A DNA stretch of 45,619 nucleotides from Octopus sinensis (lineage: Eukaryota), in assembly GCF_006345805.1 (NCBI RefSeq), contig NW_021834797.1, positions 1 to 45,619 of the forward strand, in the 5' to 3' direction. The first letter of the stretch is position 1; each line of letters opens with the position of its first letter. The notes below the pieces were generated by a model. That model searched no databases and was not told the origin of the DNA. It saw nothing but the letters and a program-made list of their open reading frames with translations. The position numbers and the translations under genes are program-made. Shown in pieces: positions 1-11,770 of this stretch.

Positions 1-71
1 AGGCATTTTAGGATACATTATTTACATTATTTACATTTGACGGATATTTTTCCTCATCTTGTTTGTTGTTC

Positions 72-115
72 ACACAAGGTTTCGGCTGATATACCCGCCA
101 GCCTTCATCGGGTGT
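72..115 (-). ncRNA. Degenerate hammerhead motif in the left arm of the P1 foldback
   Basis: The minus strand reads ACAC-CCGATGA-AGGCTGGCGGGTATATCAGCC-GAAACCTT-GTGT; both the core and stem III are mutated. Confidence 0.55.
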
Positions 116-159
116 CTTCGGGAAATTTCTTGGGCTCACATTCCTAATGTGTTTTTCAA

Positions 160-430
160 TATTATTATTATTATTATTATTTTATTATATTATTATTATT
201 TTATTATAGTGTTGTTGTGTTGTTGTTGTTATGGTTGTATTGTTGTTGTTGTGTTGTGGTGGTTGTTCTTCTTCTTCTTCTTCTTCTTTTCTTTCTTATT
301 CTTATTATTATTATTATTTTATTATTATTATTATTATTATTATTATATTATTATTTATTATTATTGTTCAAGTCACTGCTTCGAATCGAAGCAGTGACCC
401 GACCTATAATAATAATAATAATAATAATAA
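160..430. repeat. Compound trinucleotide microsatellite (TTA)n-(TTG)n-(TTC)n-(TTA)n and (AAT)n inside the foldback
   Basis: Directly visible. Confidence 0.95.
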
Positions 431-480
431 TATCGAAAAATACCTTAGGAATGAGAACCCAGGTTTGAAATTTCCCGAAG

Positions 481-525
481 ACACCTGATGAAGGCTTGGA
501 GGGTATATCAGCCGAAACGTTGTGT
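481..525 (+). ncRNA. Minimal type I hammerhead ribozyme motif (P1, intact core)
   Basis: Stem I ACAC(481-484)/GTGT(522-525); core CTGATGA(485-491) plus an extra A; stem II GGCT(493-496)/AGCC(510-513); GAAAC(514-518)-GTT(519-521) with palindromic AACGTT stem III. Confidence 0.75.
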
Positions 526-1355
526 TAACAACAAAGAAGATGAGGACAAATATCAGTCAAATGTCAATAATGTAAATAATGTAAATAATGTACATAATGC
601 CCCATCTCTTAAATATAAAACTGCATTTTAGGATATTACCTATAATACATTCGAGAAACGTATCATTTTTAAAGCCGTTAAAAATTAGTGTTATACTGTG
701 AGGCAGATCTTGTTCACCGCCAGGTTAAACACAACCGGCTGATGATTAGTGCTTTAGTGGTCTTCATTCTGTTGCAAGCAATGATACCAAGTCTATCAAG
801 TTACTTGTTTGAGTTTATGTGGCCCGGTAACTTATTGCATTACTTTTTAATGTAGCAACCCTTCGGTCGTAGCCTCTTCTTTCTTGTTCCCACAGCAGTG
901 AATGGAGGTCATGCGAAATCATCGGCTCTACTTTTGTACTCTAACTAAACCATGCTCAATTGTTTATTTGTTCCCAACGAACACAATACTGATGGGAAAA
1001 AACTGTGAAACAATTCCAAATGGTTATGATACGCAGTGGTTTCATACAACGCAATTGTACAGGCGCTCTAAAAACTAATCCGAAATTAAAAATTTGAAGT
1101 TATGAAATCATCAATAAGCTATATTTGTCAGCATTTATGCCACATCCTTTAACTAACTGCTTCGAAATCATTTAGAAAAGTAGTTGTTCTTAGACACGTA
1201 CGGTACATGTTATCGTTCTTTATCCTTCAATAGACAATTACTGTACTTGAAGTAGGGACATGTCTAGTTTAGCTTACCTATATTTCTAAGTATTCGTTAA
1301 GAAATTCTTCTTCAACATGGAAAGATAAATAGGTAGGTAGATTGATATATATAGA

Positions 1356-1473
<118 letters not shown>

Positions 1474-1837
1474 CGGAGAAATGAAGAGAGAAAGAGAAAG
1501 AGAGGAGAGAAGATTTTGGCCTTTGTACATTTCTGAATCTTAAACAATAAGATAACCAATATGTTGTTTAGGATTGATGCAGAGGCAAATTAATATGGAT
1601 TTACTGATATATAATGCCGTCGACATTCCAGTGCTGAAGTCAAAACTGCTCGGTGTCCCAAGTTCTCGAGGTATCCCATTAAGTCTGCATTTCTCTGCAG
1701 ACACTCAAGCGAATCCTGTGTCACGTATATCTAGAGCGTCTCAGTAGGAAGAGCCAACTACTTATAGATACGTTTTACAGTAGACCTGCTTATTGAAGGC
1801 TTACAAGAAGAGTGAGCAACAGCAGTAATCACGGCAA

Positions 1838-1988
1838 AGAAGAAGAGGAGGAAGGAAGTAGAGGAGGAGAAGGAGAAGAAGAAGAAGAAGAAGAAGAAAA
1901 AGAAGAAAGAAGACGAAGAAGAAGAAAAAATCGAAGACGAAGAAGTAGGAGAAGAAGAAGTAGAAGAAGGAGAAGAAGAAGAAGAAGA

Positions 1989-2044
<56 letters not shown>

Positions 2045-2418
2045 CAGCAGTAGTAGAAGAAGATGCAGAAGAAGAAGAATTAGTAGCAGCAGCAGCAGCA
2101 GCAGCAGTAGTATTAGTAGTAGTAGTAGAAGTAGTAGTAGTAGTAGTAGCAGCAATAGCAGCAGCAGCAGCAGTAGTAGTGTTAGTAGTAGTAGTAGTGT
2201 TAGTAGTAGTAGAAGAAGAAGAAGAAGAAGAAGAAGAAGAAGAAGAAGGAGAAGGAGGAGGAGAAGAAGAAGAAGAAGAAGAAGAAGAAGAAGAAGAAGA
2301 AGAAGAAGAAGAAGAAGAAGAAGAAGAAGAAGACGATGACGACGACGGCGGCGAAGAGGAAGAAAAAGAAGACGAAAAAGAAGATGAACAACAACAGTAA
2401 CAACAACTACAACAACAA
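1838..2418. repeat. Compound trinucleotide array (GAA)n-(GTA)n-(GCA)n-(GAA)n-(GAC/GGC)n-(CAA)n
   Basis: Directly visible; it explains the poly-R/S/E/L ORFs in the track. Confidence 0.95.
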
Positions 2419-2869
2419 AAGTGAACTTCGTTGTAATATCGAATGCTGTGTATAACTAATTTCACTTAATGTTTTGACTTTTCAATGCTATCCTTATCTG
2501 AAACCGTGATAGATATATGTATTGAAGTTCGTATTTTCCGGGGTTAACCAAGGCGTAAATATTAAGCAATTAAGTAGATTTATCGCATTTGAAAGAGATA
2601 AATGCAATTAATTTCATTTCATTTAGCGCGAAGATTATATAATTTCTTGAATGCAGATATAGGAAAACTTTATATCCATATCGACCATCGGAGTATTTGC
2701 GGCAGAAGTCAATCATACTGAGCCAGTAAGCAAAGCCGTTCTGTATAATAAATGAAACATGATATAGCTTATCTTCTAAAGCGAAAATAATTATTCCTTT
2801 TTCCATAGCAGGATGGTCAGTTTTAGAAAGGCCTAAGCAGTCCACTCAAATTCATTATCCCCATCCCTT

Positions 2870-3045
2870 AATAAAAATATATTACTGGTCATTAATTTAT
2901 TGACTTGGAGCAACGAAACAATGCTATAAAATCGATCCCGATGGAATTTGAATTCAAAATCTATAAGAATGAAAATAATAGTTTAAGGAAATTTAGTCGG
3001 ACATCCCGCTAGTTTAAATGGTTTCTGTCAACTCTTCTGGGACTC
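2870..3045 (-). mobile_element. Highly decayed SINE-B-type copy
   Basis: AAAATCGATCCCGATGGAATTTGAATTCAAAA resembles the SINE-B B-box segment AAAGTCGACCTCGGCGGAATTTGAACTCAGAA. Confidence 0.3.
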
Positions 3046-3676
3046 TGAGACAAAAGACTTATTTATTTATGCAATTTAAGCAAGAGATTTACCATTAAGT
3101 CACGGTCACGCTTTTGAGATGCATTTAAATCTTCTCTAGATTGATATCATATCGGTCTGATTAGGTTTAACTATAGGAAAGATAACACCATTTTCTTTCC
3201 AGTAAAATTTATAATAGAATAGGTTATGAAATTTATCTACGTTAATGCGGGAGCCGCAACGTCTAATCATGCGTACACATGCGTAAATAAATGAACACAT
3301 ATGCATACATATATTCATTTATATATCCCTTTCTTCAAACTCATAAACATATACATGCATATTCATTAATACATTAATAAACTCTGTCCCTCGCACATAT
3401 ATTTCCAAAAGTAAACATTGTTATGTTGGTTATATATTTACACATGAACAAATGCGGACTCGTACACATTGGTGCATCAGTTTAGAGATATGACCGTTAG
3501 CTTATATGTGTGCTTAGAAAAGTAAACAGACATATATGCATACGTATATGTACATATAAATATATGTGTGTGTGTTGTGTTTGTGTGTATTTGTCTGCGT
3601 GTGTCTGCATAGAAAATCTGTATATTGCCATCAAAATTAATATCTATAGACTTATCTATACAACTCTCTCTCTCTT

Positions 3677-3708
<32 letters not shown>

Positions 3709-3841
3709 CATCTTTCATTAACTTCTGCATCTGTAAATATATGCGAGTGTGTGTATGAATATGTTCATACATATATCATATATATGTGTGTGTATTCGTG
3801 TTTATATAAGCATATTTAGACACATGTATATATATATATAC

Positions 3842-3872
<31 letters not shown>

Positions 3873-3972
3873 CGAATAAATAAAATGCTATGCACACGCA
3901 TGCACATACTCAAGAATATAAGCATAGACTCACACATACATACATACATACATACATACATACATACATACA

Positions 3973-4008
<36 letters not shown>

Positions 4009-4609
4009 TATATATATTTATGTAGATACGTATGTATGTATATTGTGTAATGAAAATCTAATTAGAATGAATAGATGAGAAGATAAATATTCGATTAGAA
4101 CTTCAAAGCGATATACGACACAAGGTTTTAATATATAATATTAATTCAGTGAATTACGAGAGTCCTTGTATTATTCAATGTTTGAAGTGTTTGATAATGT
4201 TACAGATTGAAGTTAAATCAGTGCAGCTTTTCAGAAGACCCCCATTTAAATCAACACCACCTTGTTTGGGAACGACTTAATTTATTCTTGTTGTTCACGT
4301 CGTTGTTTTTCGTGTTGATGTTTTTGTTGTTGTTATTGTTGTTGTTGCTGTTGTTTATGATCTAGGCTATGTTTTGGCTGTCGTTTGTTTTCTGGTTCTT
4401 GTTATCTTACTATTAGTAAAAGAAAAAAAAAAATTGATCATTGTATTGTATTATGTACTGAAAACTTCAGCTAATTATTTTATTATCACCACACTGCCCT
4501 TGTATGTATGTCTCATTAACGAAGCCTTGGCGTAAATGTTTTGAAGTTTTTTTTTTAACATTCGTCCCCTTTAACAATTATAGTTTCAATATCATCTGTG
4601 TAACTAAGC

Positions 4610-4920
<311 letters not shown>

Positions 4921-5200
4921 AAATATTTCAGGGTAGAAAACGGGGGTGCCAAACTTTTAAGGTTGCCACCCTCTTGGCGGGCTGGCTACCTTCCTAGAGT
5001 TCCCACCCCGTTTACAACCACAAACATAGACCACTCTCTGCATCAAATTCGAAATAACTATTTTCAAAAATAAGATTTAACCCAATTAATACTTTTGGCC
5101 ACGCCATTATCGCCCCTCCACTTTTCTTCAAAGCCCTGCCTCGTGGATTTTTCCACCCCCCCTCATAGGGGAGTACGCAGGTATAAATGAATGTGTGAAG

Positions 5201-5527
5201 TGTAAAGACCCCTCGGTCATGATTAACCGTACGATTGCACCTAGAAGGTTCCCCTCTCGAGTGCATGTCCGAGAAAATTTGTTTACGGAGGACCAAAAGT
5301 CGCCCATGTATACCAGCTTCCCGTCTCCACCCACCGATGTTATTCAAAGGGAAAGGCAAGGGCCGATACAGCTTGGCACCAGTGACGTCGTAGCTCTCTA
5401 CAGCTAAGTAAACTGGAGCAAAGATACAAATGTTTTGCTCAAGAACACAACACAAAGCGCGGTCCGGGAATCGAACTTACTACCTCATGATTGTGAGCTC
5501 AACGCTCTAACCATTGCGCCAAGAGCC
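5201..5527 (-). mobile_element. tRNA-derived SINE (family C)
   Basis: The minus-strand head GGCGCAATGGTTAGAGCG...GTAAGTTCGATTCCCGG has A/B boxes, followed by GTGTTGTGTTCTTGAGCAA. The head is shared with 11771-11884. Confidence 0.8.
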
Positions 5528-5689
5528 AAAGAAATGCGCACCTTGTAAAGTTCATCGGCATCTAGTTACCACACAAATCTGTCTTGGACATTTAAAGTGA
5601 TCACTTGTTTGATGTCTTCCCTACAAGTGACCGCTCTTTTCAGTACCTCTTTTATACAGAAATGTTCATTTCTAAATAAGCTCGCTCAT

Positions 5690-5930
5690 TTCGTTTGATT
5701 TTTATACGTTAATCTCGTAACCACTGCGTTTTTCATCGAAGCTTTTTGGAAACTTTTTGACAACACCGGCTGAACAAACTTTGCACAGATTTTGCATATG
5801 TTCAGATCTTCATGAATAATTCTGTGTCTAGTCACCACACCAACTGCTAAACGTATGCTTATTTTTTTCATAGACACATCCAAAACATGGCGAATTTTCT
5901 CAGCCTCCCCTAACGTTCTGGCAACCATCT
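5690..5930 (-). pseudogene. Decayed mariner transposase fragment (HTH to WVPHEL region)
   Basis: The translation RIIHEDLNICKICAKFVQPVL matches the mariner ...IIHEDLxMRKVCAKxVPxxL signature. No TIR pair found. Confidence 0.6.
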
Positions 5931-6315
5931 CCCTCTCCCACTTCTCACATTATTGTAATTCTTATATTTCACCTTTTCTCAACCACCCTTCAACCTCTTA
6001 TGCCTTGAACTATGAGCAGTCTGGACCATTTCATAATTTTCTGTAGTTATTTTATCCACTTTAATACAATACTTTAATGACCAGCGAGTCTCCAAAGGTC
6101 CCAACTGCATTCAGCAAACATGGTAGCTGTAAAAAAAGACAGTATTTAGAAGGATGTGTTCAAAGTATTTTTAAAACCGTCTCCTCTTTCAATCTGGAAA
6201 ACAAACGTCGGCATCAGCTTATTAGATGTGTAATAATGAAATAGTAAATTTACAGTAACTTAGAACACTTATAACTGCTTCTCTGAAACAAGTTTCAAAA
6301 CTTCCGGAATGCACT

Positions 6316-6350
<35 letters not shown>

Positions 6351-6554
6351 ACATCTTTATGCACATACATACGTCTGTATAAGTGCACGTGTATTTACGT
6401 ATGTATGTACACAGACACATACAAAAGAGAGTGAAAGTGAGAGGAGGGGTTTCGTATAGGTATTTAAATCTAGAGATTCTATTATTATTTCATTAATTCT
6501 CCTTGCACAAAGTCTTAGGAGATATCTAAATAACTTATCAATTTTATAAATGCC

Positions 6555-6598
6555 CGTTGTTATTATCATTATTATTATTATGATTATCATTATTATTA

Positions 6599-6630
<32 letters not shown>

Positions 6631-6661
6631 GTTGTTGTTATTGTTGTTGTTGTTGTTGTTG

Positions 6662-6699
<38 letters not shown>

Positions 6700-6728
6700 A
6701 TCAGCAGCAGCAGTAGCATCGTCATTAT
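6555..6728. repeat. Compound trinucleotide microsatellite (ATT)n-(GTT)n-(ATT)n-(AGC)n
   Basis: Directly visible. Confidence 0.95.
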
Positions 6729-7152
6729 CTGCTTCATTACGGTTTTTAATAATGTTTTTATATATTTATAGCGTATATTTAAAGATTTTAGTTGAAGAAG
6801 AAAACAGTTCGCTTTTAACTTTATAATTAGTATTGATATAAGTAGATATAAATTCACTTATTATCTCTCTTCATCGATATTAGACACAGCTACATATTCC
6901 CATTAACATCTGTGTGTGTATTTCTGTGTTCATTCCTGTAAATTCTCTCCCTCCCTCTCTCTCTCTCCCTTCCTCCCTTTCTCTCTCTTCCTCCATCTTG
7001 TTCACATACACATATGCATATGCTAGACAGAGGCAGGCAACACAGATTTTGTTCATCTATGTGTTACCCAATAAGAATAGATAAAACTAATAAAAAAAAA
7101 AACTACTCTTTGCTATAAGTTACCTGTAAGTGAATTCAACAAATGCTATGAA

Positions 7153-7543
7153 TGGCGTGACTGTGTAGTAAGAAGTTTGCTTTCCAACCACGTGCTTCGG
7201 GGTTCAGTCCCACTTCGTAGCAACTTGAGCAAGTATCTTCCGCTGTAGCCTCGGGCCGACCAAAGCCTTAAGAGTGAATTTGGTAGACAGAAACCGAAAT
7301 AAGCACGCTGTATATATATATATATACACACATATATATTCCTGTTTGTATCTGTGTTTGTCCTCCCACCATCGTTTGATGCTGGTGTGTTTACGGTCCC
7401 GTAACTTAGCTGTTCGGCAAAAGCGACCTATATAAGTAGTACCAGGCTTACAAAGAATAAATTTAGGAGTCGATATCTTCGGTTAAAAAGGCTGTGCTCC
7501 AGCGTGACTACAGTGACTGAAACAAGTAAAAGAATAAAAGAAT
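7153..7543 (+). mobile_element. tRNA-derived SINE family A, diverged near-full-length copy
   Basis: tRNA-like head (GGTTCAGTCCC B-box-like), internal (TA)n and (AAAGAAT)n tail; colinear with 16468-16903 and 22968-23432. Confidence 0.85.
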
Positions 7544-7656
7544 ACCGCCTATCGAAACTACGGAATACAGTACTATATTTAAGAGATGAGGAATTATGTA
7601 CACTATTTACATTATTTACATTTGACGGATATTTGTTCTCACCTTGTTTGTTGTTA

Positions 7657-7700
7657 AAACAACATTTCGTCTGATATACCCTGCAGCCTTCATCAGGTGT
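7657..7700 (-). ncRNA. Degenerate hammerhead motif (P1)
   Basis: The minus strand reads ACAC-CTGATGA-AGGCTGCAGGGTATATCAGAC-GAAATGTT-GTTT; core intact, stems mutated. Confidence 0.55.
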
Positions 7701-7782
7701 TATAGGGAAAATTCCGAGCCTGGGTTATCATTTCTAAGAAATTTTTCGATGTTGTTTTTGTTATCATTATTATTATTAATAA

Positions 7783-7848
7783 GGTCACTGCCTGGAATCG
7801 AACTCGGAGTTAGGAGCCCGCGTACTTAACTGCTACGCCATATGCCCG
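7783..7848 (-). promoter_or_regulatory. tRNA-like internal Pol III promoter (A and B boxes) in the Penelope 3' UTR
   Basis: The minus strand reads GGGCATA-TGGCGTAGCAGTTAAG (A box)...GAGTTCGATTCC (B box)-AGGCAGTGACC, between the ORF stop and the HHR. Confidence 0.6.
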
Positions 7849-7876
7849 TGGACAATTATGGAGTGAATTTTAGGGC

Positions 7877-8340
7877 TTATAAATCTAATATTCTCCTATC
7901 CTTCCTTAATAGCGGTTCCCATATGCTGTTCATATCTGCACTCGGCCTGCTTAGGAGGTTGATGTGTCATGCCATATGTGCTGCTTCTTTTAGTTTTCGT
8001 ATTTTCCAGTGGTGTTCTCTGTCTCTTATTCTAAGTTCATCCCACAGGGAGAGGTAGTCTCCATTTTTCCATACATGTTCAGCTATACCCGATTTATCAA
8101 TATCTCCCCATGTCACAGATTTTCGGGGGGTGGTATGTTTCGCCTTTGTATAACCTACCACAGCTGCATGGAATGGAATACACGCAGTTCTTAGTCATAT
8201 TCTTTTCTATTGGTGGTTTTACTCGAATGAGATAGTTACGAAGTATTGTATTACTTTTGAATACTGTCCTGATGTCATATGGACCGCATATCTTTTGTAT
8301 CTATTTGGAGAGGCCTTTCACAAAGGGTAGACAGGTTGTG
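7877..8340 (-). pseudogene. Penelope-like RT linker plus GIY-YIG endonuclease, disrupted
   Basis: The minus strand translates TTCLPFVKGLSK*IQKICGPYDIRTVFKSNTILR...KNCVYSIPCSCGRLYKGET, then after a frameshift/deletion KSGIAEHVW...REHHWKIRKLKEAAH; stop at 7877-7879. Confidence 0.88.
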
Positions 8341-8618
8341 GACAGTTTGTCGGTTTAATCCTATCCTTTCTTCATAATTGGAGGGAAGAGTATGCTCTTG
8401 AGGTAGTTGTTGCTTAATAGATTGTTACTGAGCTTGATGATTTCTTAACAACAAACAAGATGAGGACAAATATCCTTCAATTGTAAATAATGTAAATAAT
8501 GAAACAACGGAATGCTTATACTTTTCTGGAAGCTACAATATTGCGCATGTCTGTACATATAGCGATTTTGATGATTGTTCACTCCATCAACAACCGTAGA
8601 ACATTTGTATAGTATATA

Positions 8619-8663
<45 letters not shown>

Positions 8664-9177
8664 TCTTAACTTAATACTTGTGATCCTAGAAAATTCTATG
8701 TCAAAATGTACAACTCTGGACATGTAATTATTTATGATTTCCTAATAACCATTGCACACATTGATGACTATGTATGTTATTTTTCTGAAGTATACATTCT
8801 TGTGCTTCCTACAATAATGAAGGTATTTAAATCTACATTGTAGAGAACTATAATAAATCATTCTAAATCGTCTGTTAATCCGAAACATCCGACTTCTGCA
8901 AACATATTTTAAATTTATAATAATGTTTCGAAATCAGACACCAGGCAACGGCAATGAAAGAGAAAGAGAGAGGAACCAATTCAATGAATCCACGTTGCTT
9001 AATTAATACATTTTTTTGACATTATTATATTTTATTGTCCTATGATGGTGGGGACGGATACAGACGAGTTTGAATGGATTTCAACATAATAAGACGTTAA
9101 TGACAAAGTTATTTCGCCAGGCTTTGTCCTGAGACTGTTACCTGCTGATCCAAAATTAGTATCTAGCGGAAATTGTA

Positions 9178-10408
9178 TTGAGTTGGCAACTAAGTTCCCG
9201 CCGTTTTCTTTTAAATTTTGGAATTTATTGCGTTTTTTTTCCTAGTAAATTTCAGTTAATTTTTGTTTATTTTCAATTCATTAAAATGGAATGTCAAGTT
9301 AAGAAAAACGAGCATTTTCGACGCCTCCTCCATTTTGCTTTTAATCAAGGTTCTAAGGCCGCAAAAACTGCTCGCGACATTTGTGCTGTGTATGGAGAGC
9401 GTGCCATTGCTAAAAGAACCACTCGTAGTTAATGTGTCAGTTCAAAAATGGATATTTTTACATCAAAGACGCACCTCGTTCTGGCCGTCTAGTTGAGTTC
9501 GATGAAGAGCGATTAAACCAACATTTGCACGAAAATTCTCTTCAAACAACAAGGGAACTGGCAGAGAAAATGGAATGCTCCCACACCGCTATAGAGAAGC
9601 ATCTTCACTCGATGGGAAAGTTACAGAAGTCTGGATCATGGGTTCCGCATGCTTTAAGTGACTGCAACAAAAATCAACGAGCCCCAATTTCCACTGGTTT
9701 CCTAGCTCGTCATCGCTCAACTCATGGACACAAGCAACGATTTCTTTACTGAATCGTTACTGGCGACAAAAAATGGTGCCTGTACTTCAATATGAAGCAG
9801 CGAAAGAAATGGCTTATCTACGGTAAACAAGCGACACCGCGCCTGAAACAAGATCTTCATCCACATAAAACGAAGTTGTGCGTATGGTGGGACTGGGAAG
9901 GATTACCCATTACGAATTACTTGAACGGAACCGAATGGTCAACTCGGAACTCTATTTTCAACAGATGTAACGACTCAGCACGGCTATTCAAGAGAAAAGA
10001 CCTAATCGTCAGCATGGAGTTCTTTTGCTGTACGACAACACCCGCCCTCATATCGCCAATATGACCAAGGAAGCCATTCAAACGCATGGCTGGGAAGTGC
10101 TGCCACATCAGCCGTACTTTCTTGATTTGGCACCAACTGGTTTCCACCTCTTGATCTCTTTCAAATGTTATGCGTGGAGTTTCGTTCAATACTGATACAG
10201 AATTGAGAGCTCTGGTTGGATCAATTTTTCGAGTTGAAATCGGGTGATTTCTACGAACGAGATATTGAAAATCCTCTTGAACATTGGGAAGAGGTTGTAA
10301 ACAACAAGTGTGAATACATCATTGATTAATTAGTTGTTATTTTTTATTAAACCTTTTGAAAATTTTAAATTAAAAAAAAAAACGGCGGGAACTTAGTTGC
10401 CAAACCAA
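9178..10408 (+). mobile_element. Near-full-length mariner DNA transposon
   Basis: 30-bp TIRs TTGAGTTGGCAACTAAGTTCCCGCCGTTTT (9178-9207) and AAAACGGCGGGAACTTAGTTGCCAAACCAA (10379-10408). TA lies on the left flank and GA on the right. Confidence 0.95.
9286..10329 (+). pseudogene. Mariner DD34D transposase pseudogene
   Basis: MECQVKKNEHFRRLL..., WVPHAL, IVTGDKKW, LYDNTRPH and PYFLDLAPTGFHL (YSPDLAP motif decayed, third Asp replaced by Gly); multiple stops and frameshifts. Confidence 0.95.
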
Positions 10409-11530
10409 GACAACTGTTGCGTAAAGCGTTAATAGTCTCCACATTAAATTGGCAGTGAATACAGCCTTTACGCAGATCAAGTATGTCCCAAACATATTTG
10501 AACTGATCTAAATGTTTGTTTACTCGCACCACTGCTTTCGGGTGCCCAGAAGAATATTTTGTTTAGCAGGGGCTGGTGTCGCGAGTGATCAGCTAATTTT
10601 TAGATGCTGATACTCTATAAAGGAACGAAATTTTCGAAAGTCCTTTCAGAGCTGCGTCTTGTGCGATACACTGTGCTGATGATAACTATAAAGGTAGAAA
10701 CGCAACGCCTTTCTGCAAGATGGCGCCTTGAAATTACTGTTGGTGTTTTATAGCATCTATTGCCTTGATCGGGAAAAATTCTCCACAACAAACTAATTGT
10801 AAATACGACCTTTTCACGGGTGAAATATGATGCAAAGATATTTGCTAAGCTATATGGATTTTCTGGTTTCTATTGCGCTGCATGATTTTATAGGACTTTG
10901 TAAAAAATTTTTCATTAAATTAAATATTTGTATTATTTTCTCAATTTCGATCTATAGTTAGCTTTATTTCGAGCACAACACTCAGGCACTTTCCATTGTG
11001 TTAAAGATACCAATTATGCTTTGACCTCCATCGCTACTAATGTTTAAAGCAAATATCTGGAGGTCGGGACAGGCAGAAAATATCGTTAGATGTCGTCCTT
11101 GGAAGTGGAATGTAATCCAGTTTGTGTGTTATTCAAAATAAATGTTCCGGACATTTAATATTTTAATATCGGAATTTACAATTTAGGGAATTACACTTGA
11201 CTCAAGTCACTGTCGAGGGACAGAAATTATTAATAGATTTTAAGGTACATTATGTTATCGTAGACCGGTGCCTCCTTTCAGTTATCACCTTGGAAGCAGC
11301 ACTAAATACTATAAATCACATTGATCTGTGGGAATAATTCGTAGTTTTCTATTTGTTAAATGGGCGTAAAATCGTAAACGAAGTATTCGGGACGGGTGAA
11401 TTAGTTTATAATTACTATATTGCGTTCTGGATGTTGATGTTGATGCTATTTATAAACTCATTTGCAATCTCACAAACAAAATCCAAACCATATGACCAAA
11501 GCTGTTCTAACCTTAGTCATCCTGTATCTT

Positions 11531-11765
11531 ACCTATTTATTTACTACCCACAAGGGGCTAAACACAGAGGGGACAAACAAGGACAGACAAACGGATTAAG
11601 TCGATTACATCGACCTCAGTGCGTAACTAGTACTTAATTTATCGACCCCGAAAGGATGAAAGGCAAAGTCGACCTCGGCGGAATTTGAACTCAGAACCTA
11701 ACGGCAGAGGAAATACGGCTAATTATTTTGCCCGGCGTGCTAATGTTTCTGCCAGCTCACCGCCT
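11531..11765 (-). mobile_element. tRNA-derived SINE family B, full length
   Basis: Minus-strand head AGGCGGTGAGCTGGCAGAAAC...GAGTTCAAATTCCGCCGAGG, central GCCTTTCATCCTTTCGGGGTCGATAAATTAAGTAC and tail GTAGTAAATAAATAGGT. Confidence 0.9.
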
Positions 11766-11770
11766 TTTTG

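Larger units (their letters stand above)
16..622 (+). mobile_element. Non-autonomous Penelope-like foldback element (family P1): two inverted pLTR tails around a central hairpin
   Basis: 16-~160 is the diverged reverse complement of ~432-600. A perfect 13-bp hairpin GTCACTGCTTCGA-A-TCGAAGCAGTGAC lies at 372-398. The direct repeat GCATTTTAGGATA at 3-15 and 623-635 is a 13-bp TSD. The tails match the 3' end of the GIY-YIG element at 7567-8500. Confidence 0.85.
7567..8500 (-). mobile_element. 5'-truncated Penelope-like retroelement (family P1) with an inverted pLTR segment
   Basis: GIY-YIG coding remnant, 3' tail with HHR motif and an inverted tail copy at 8445-8500. TSD GAAACTACGGAAT (7554-7566) / GAAACAACGGAAT (8501-8513), 12/13 match. 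Confidence 0.9.

Noticed and set aside
1758-2465. Long poly-Ser/Thr/Arg/Glu/Leu ORFs (up to 235 aa)
   Set aside because: They are open only because the triplet repeats lack stops; there is no domain, and several frames are open at once.
4930-5015. Imperfect inverted repeat AAACGGGGGTG / CACCCCGTTT
   Set aside because: Short, with no TSD and no second copy; not distinguishable from chance.
5012-5455. 147-aa minus-strand ORF
   Set aside because: Mostly a read-through of the family C SINE.
10716-10726. CAAGATGGCG YY1-like motif
   Set aside because: An isolated short motif with no other promoter evidence.
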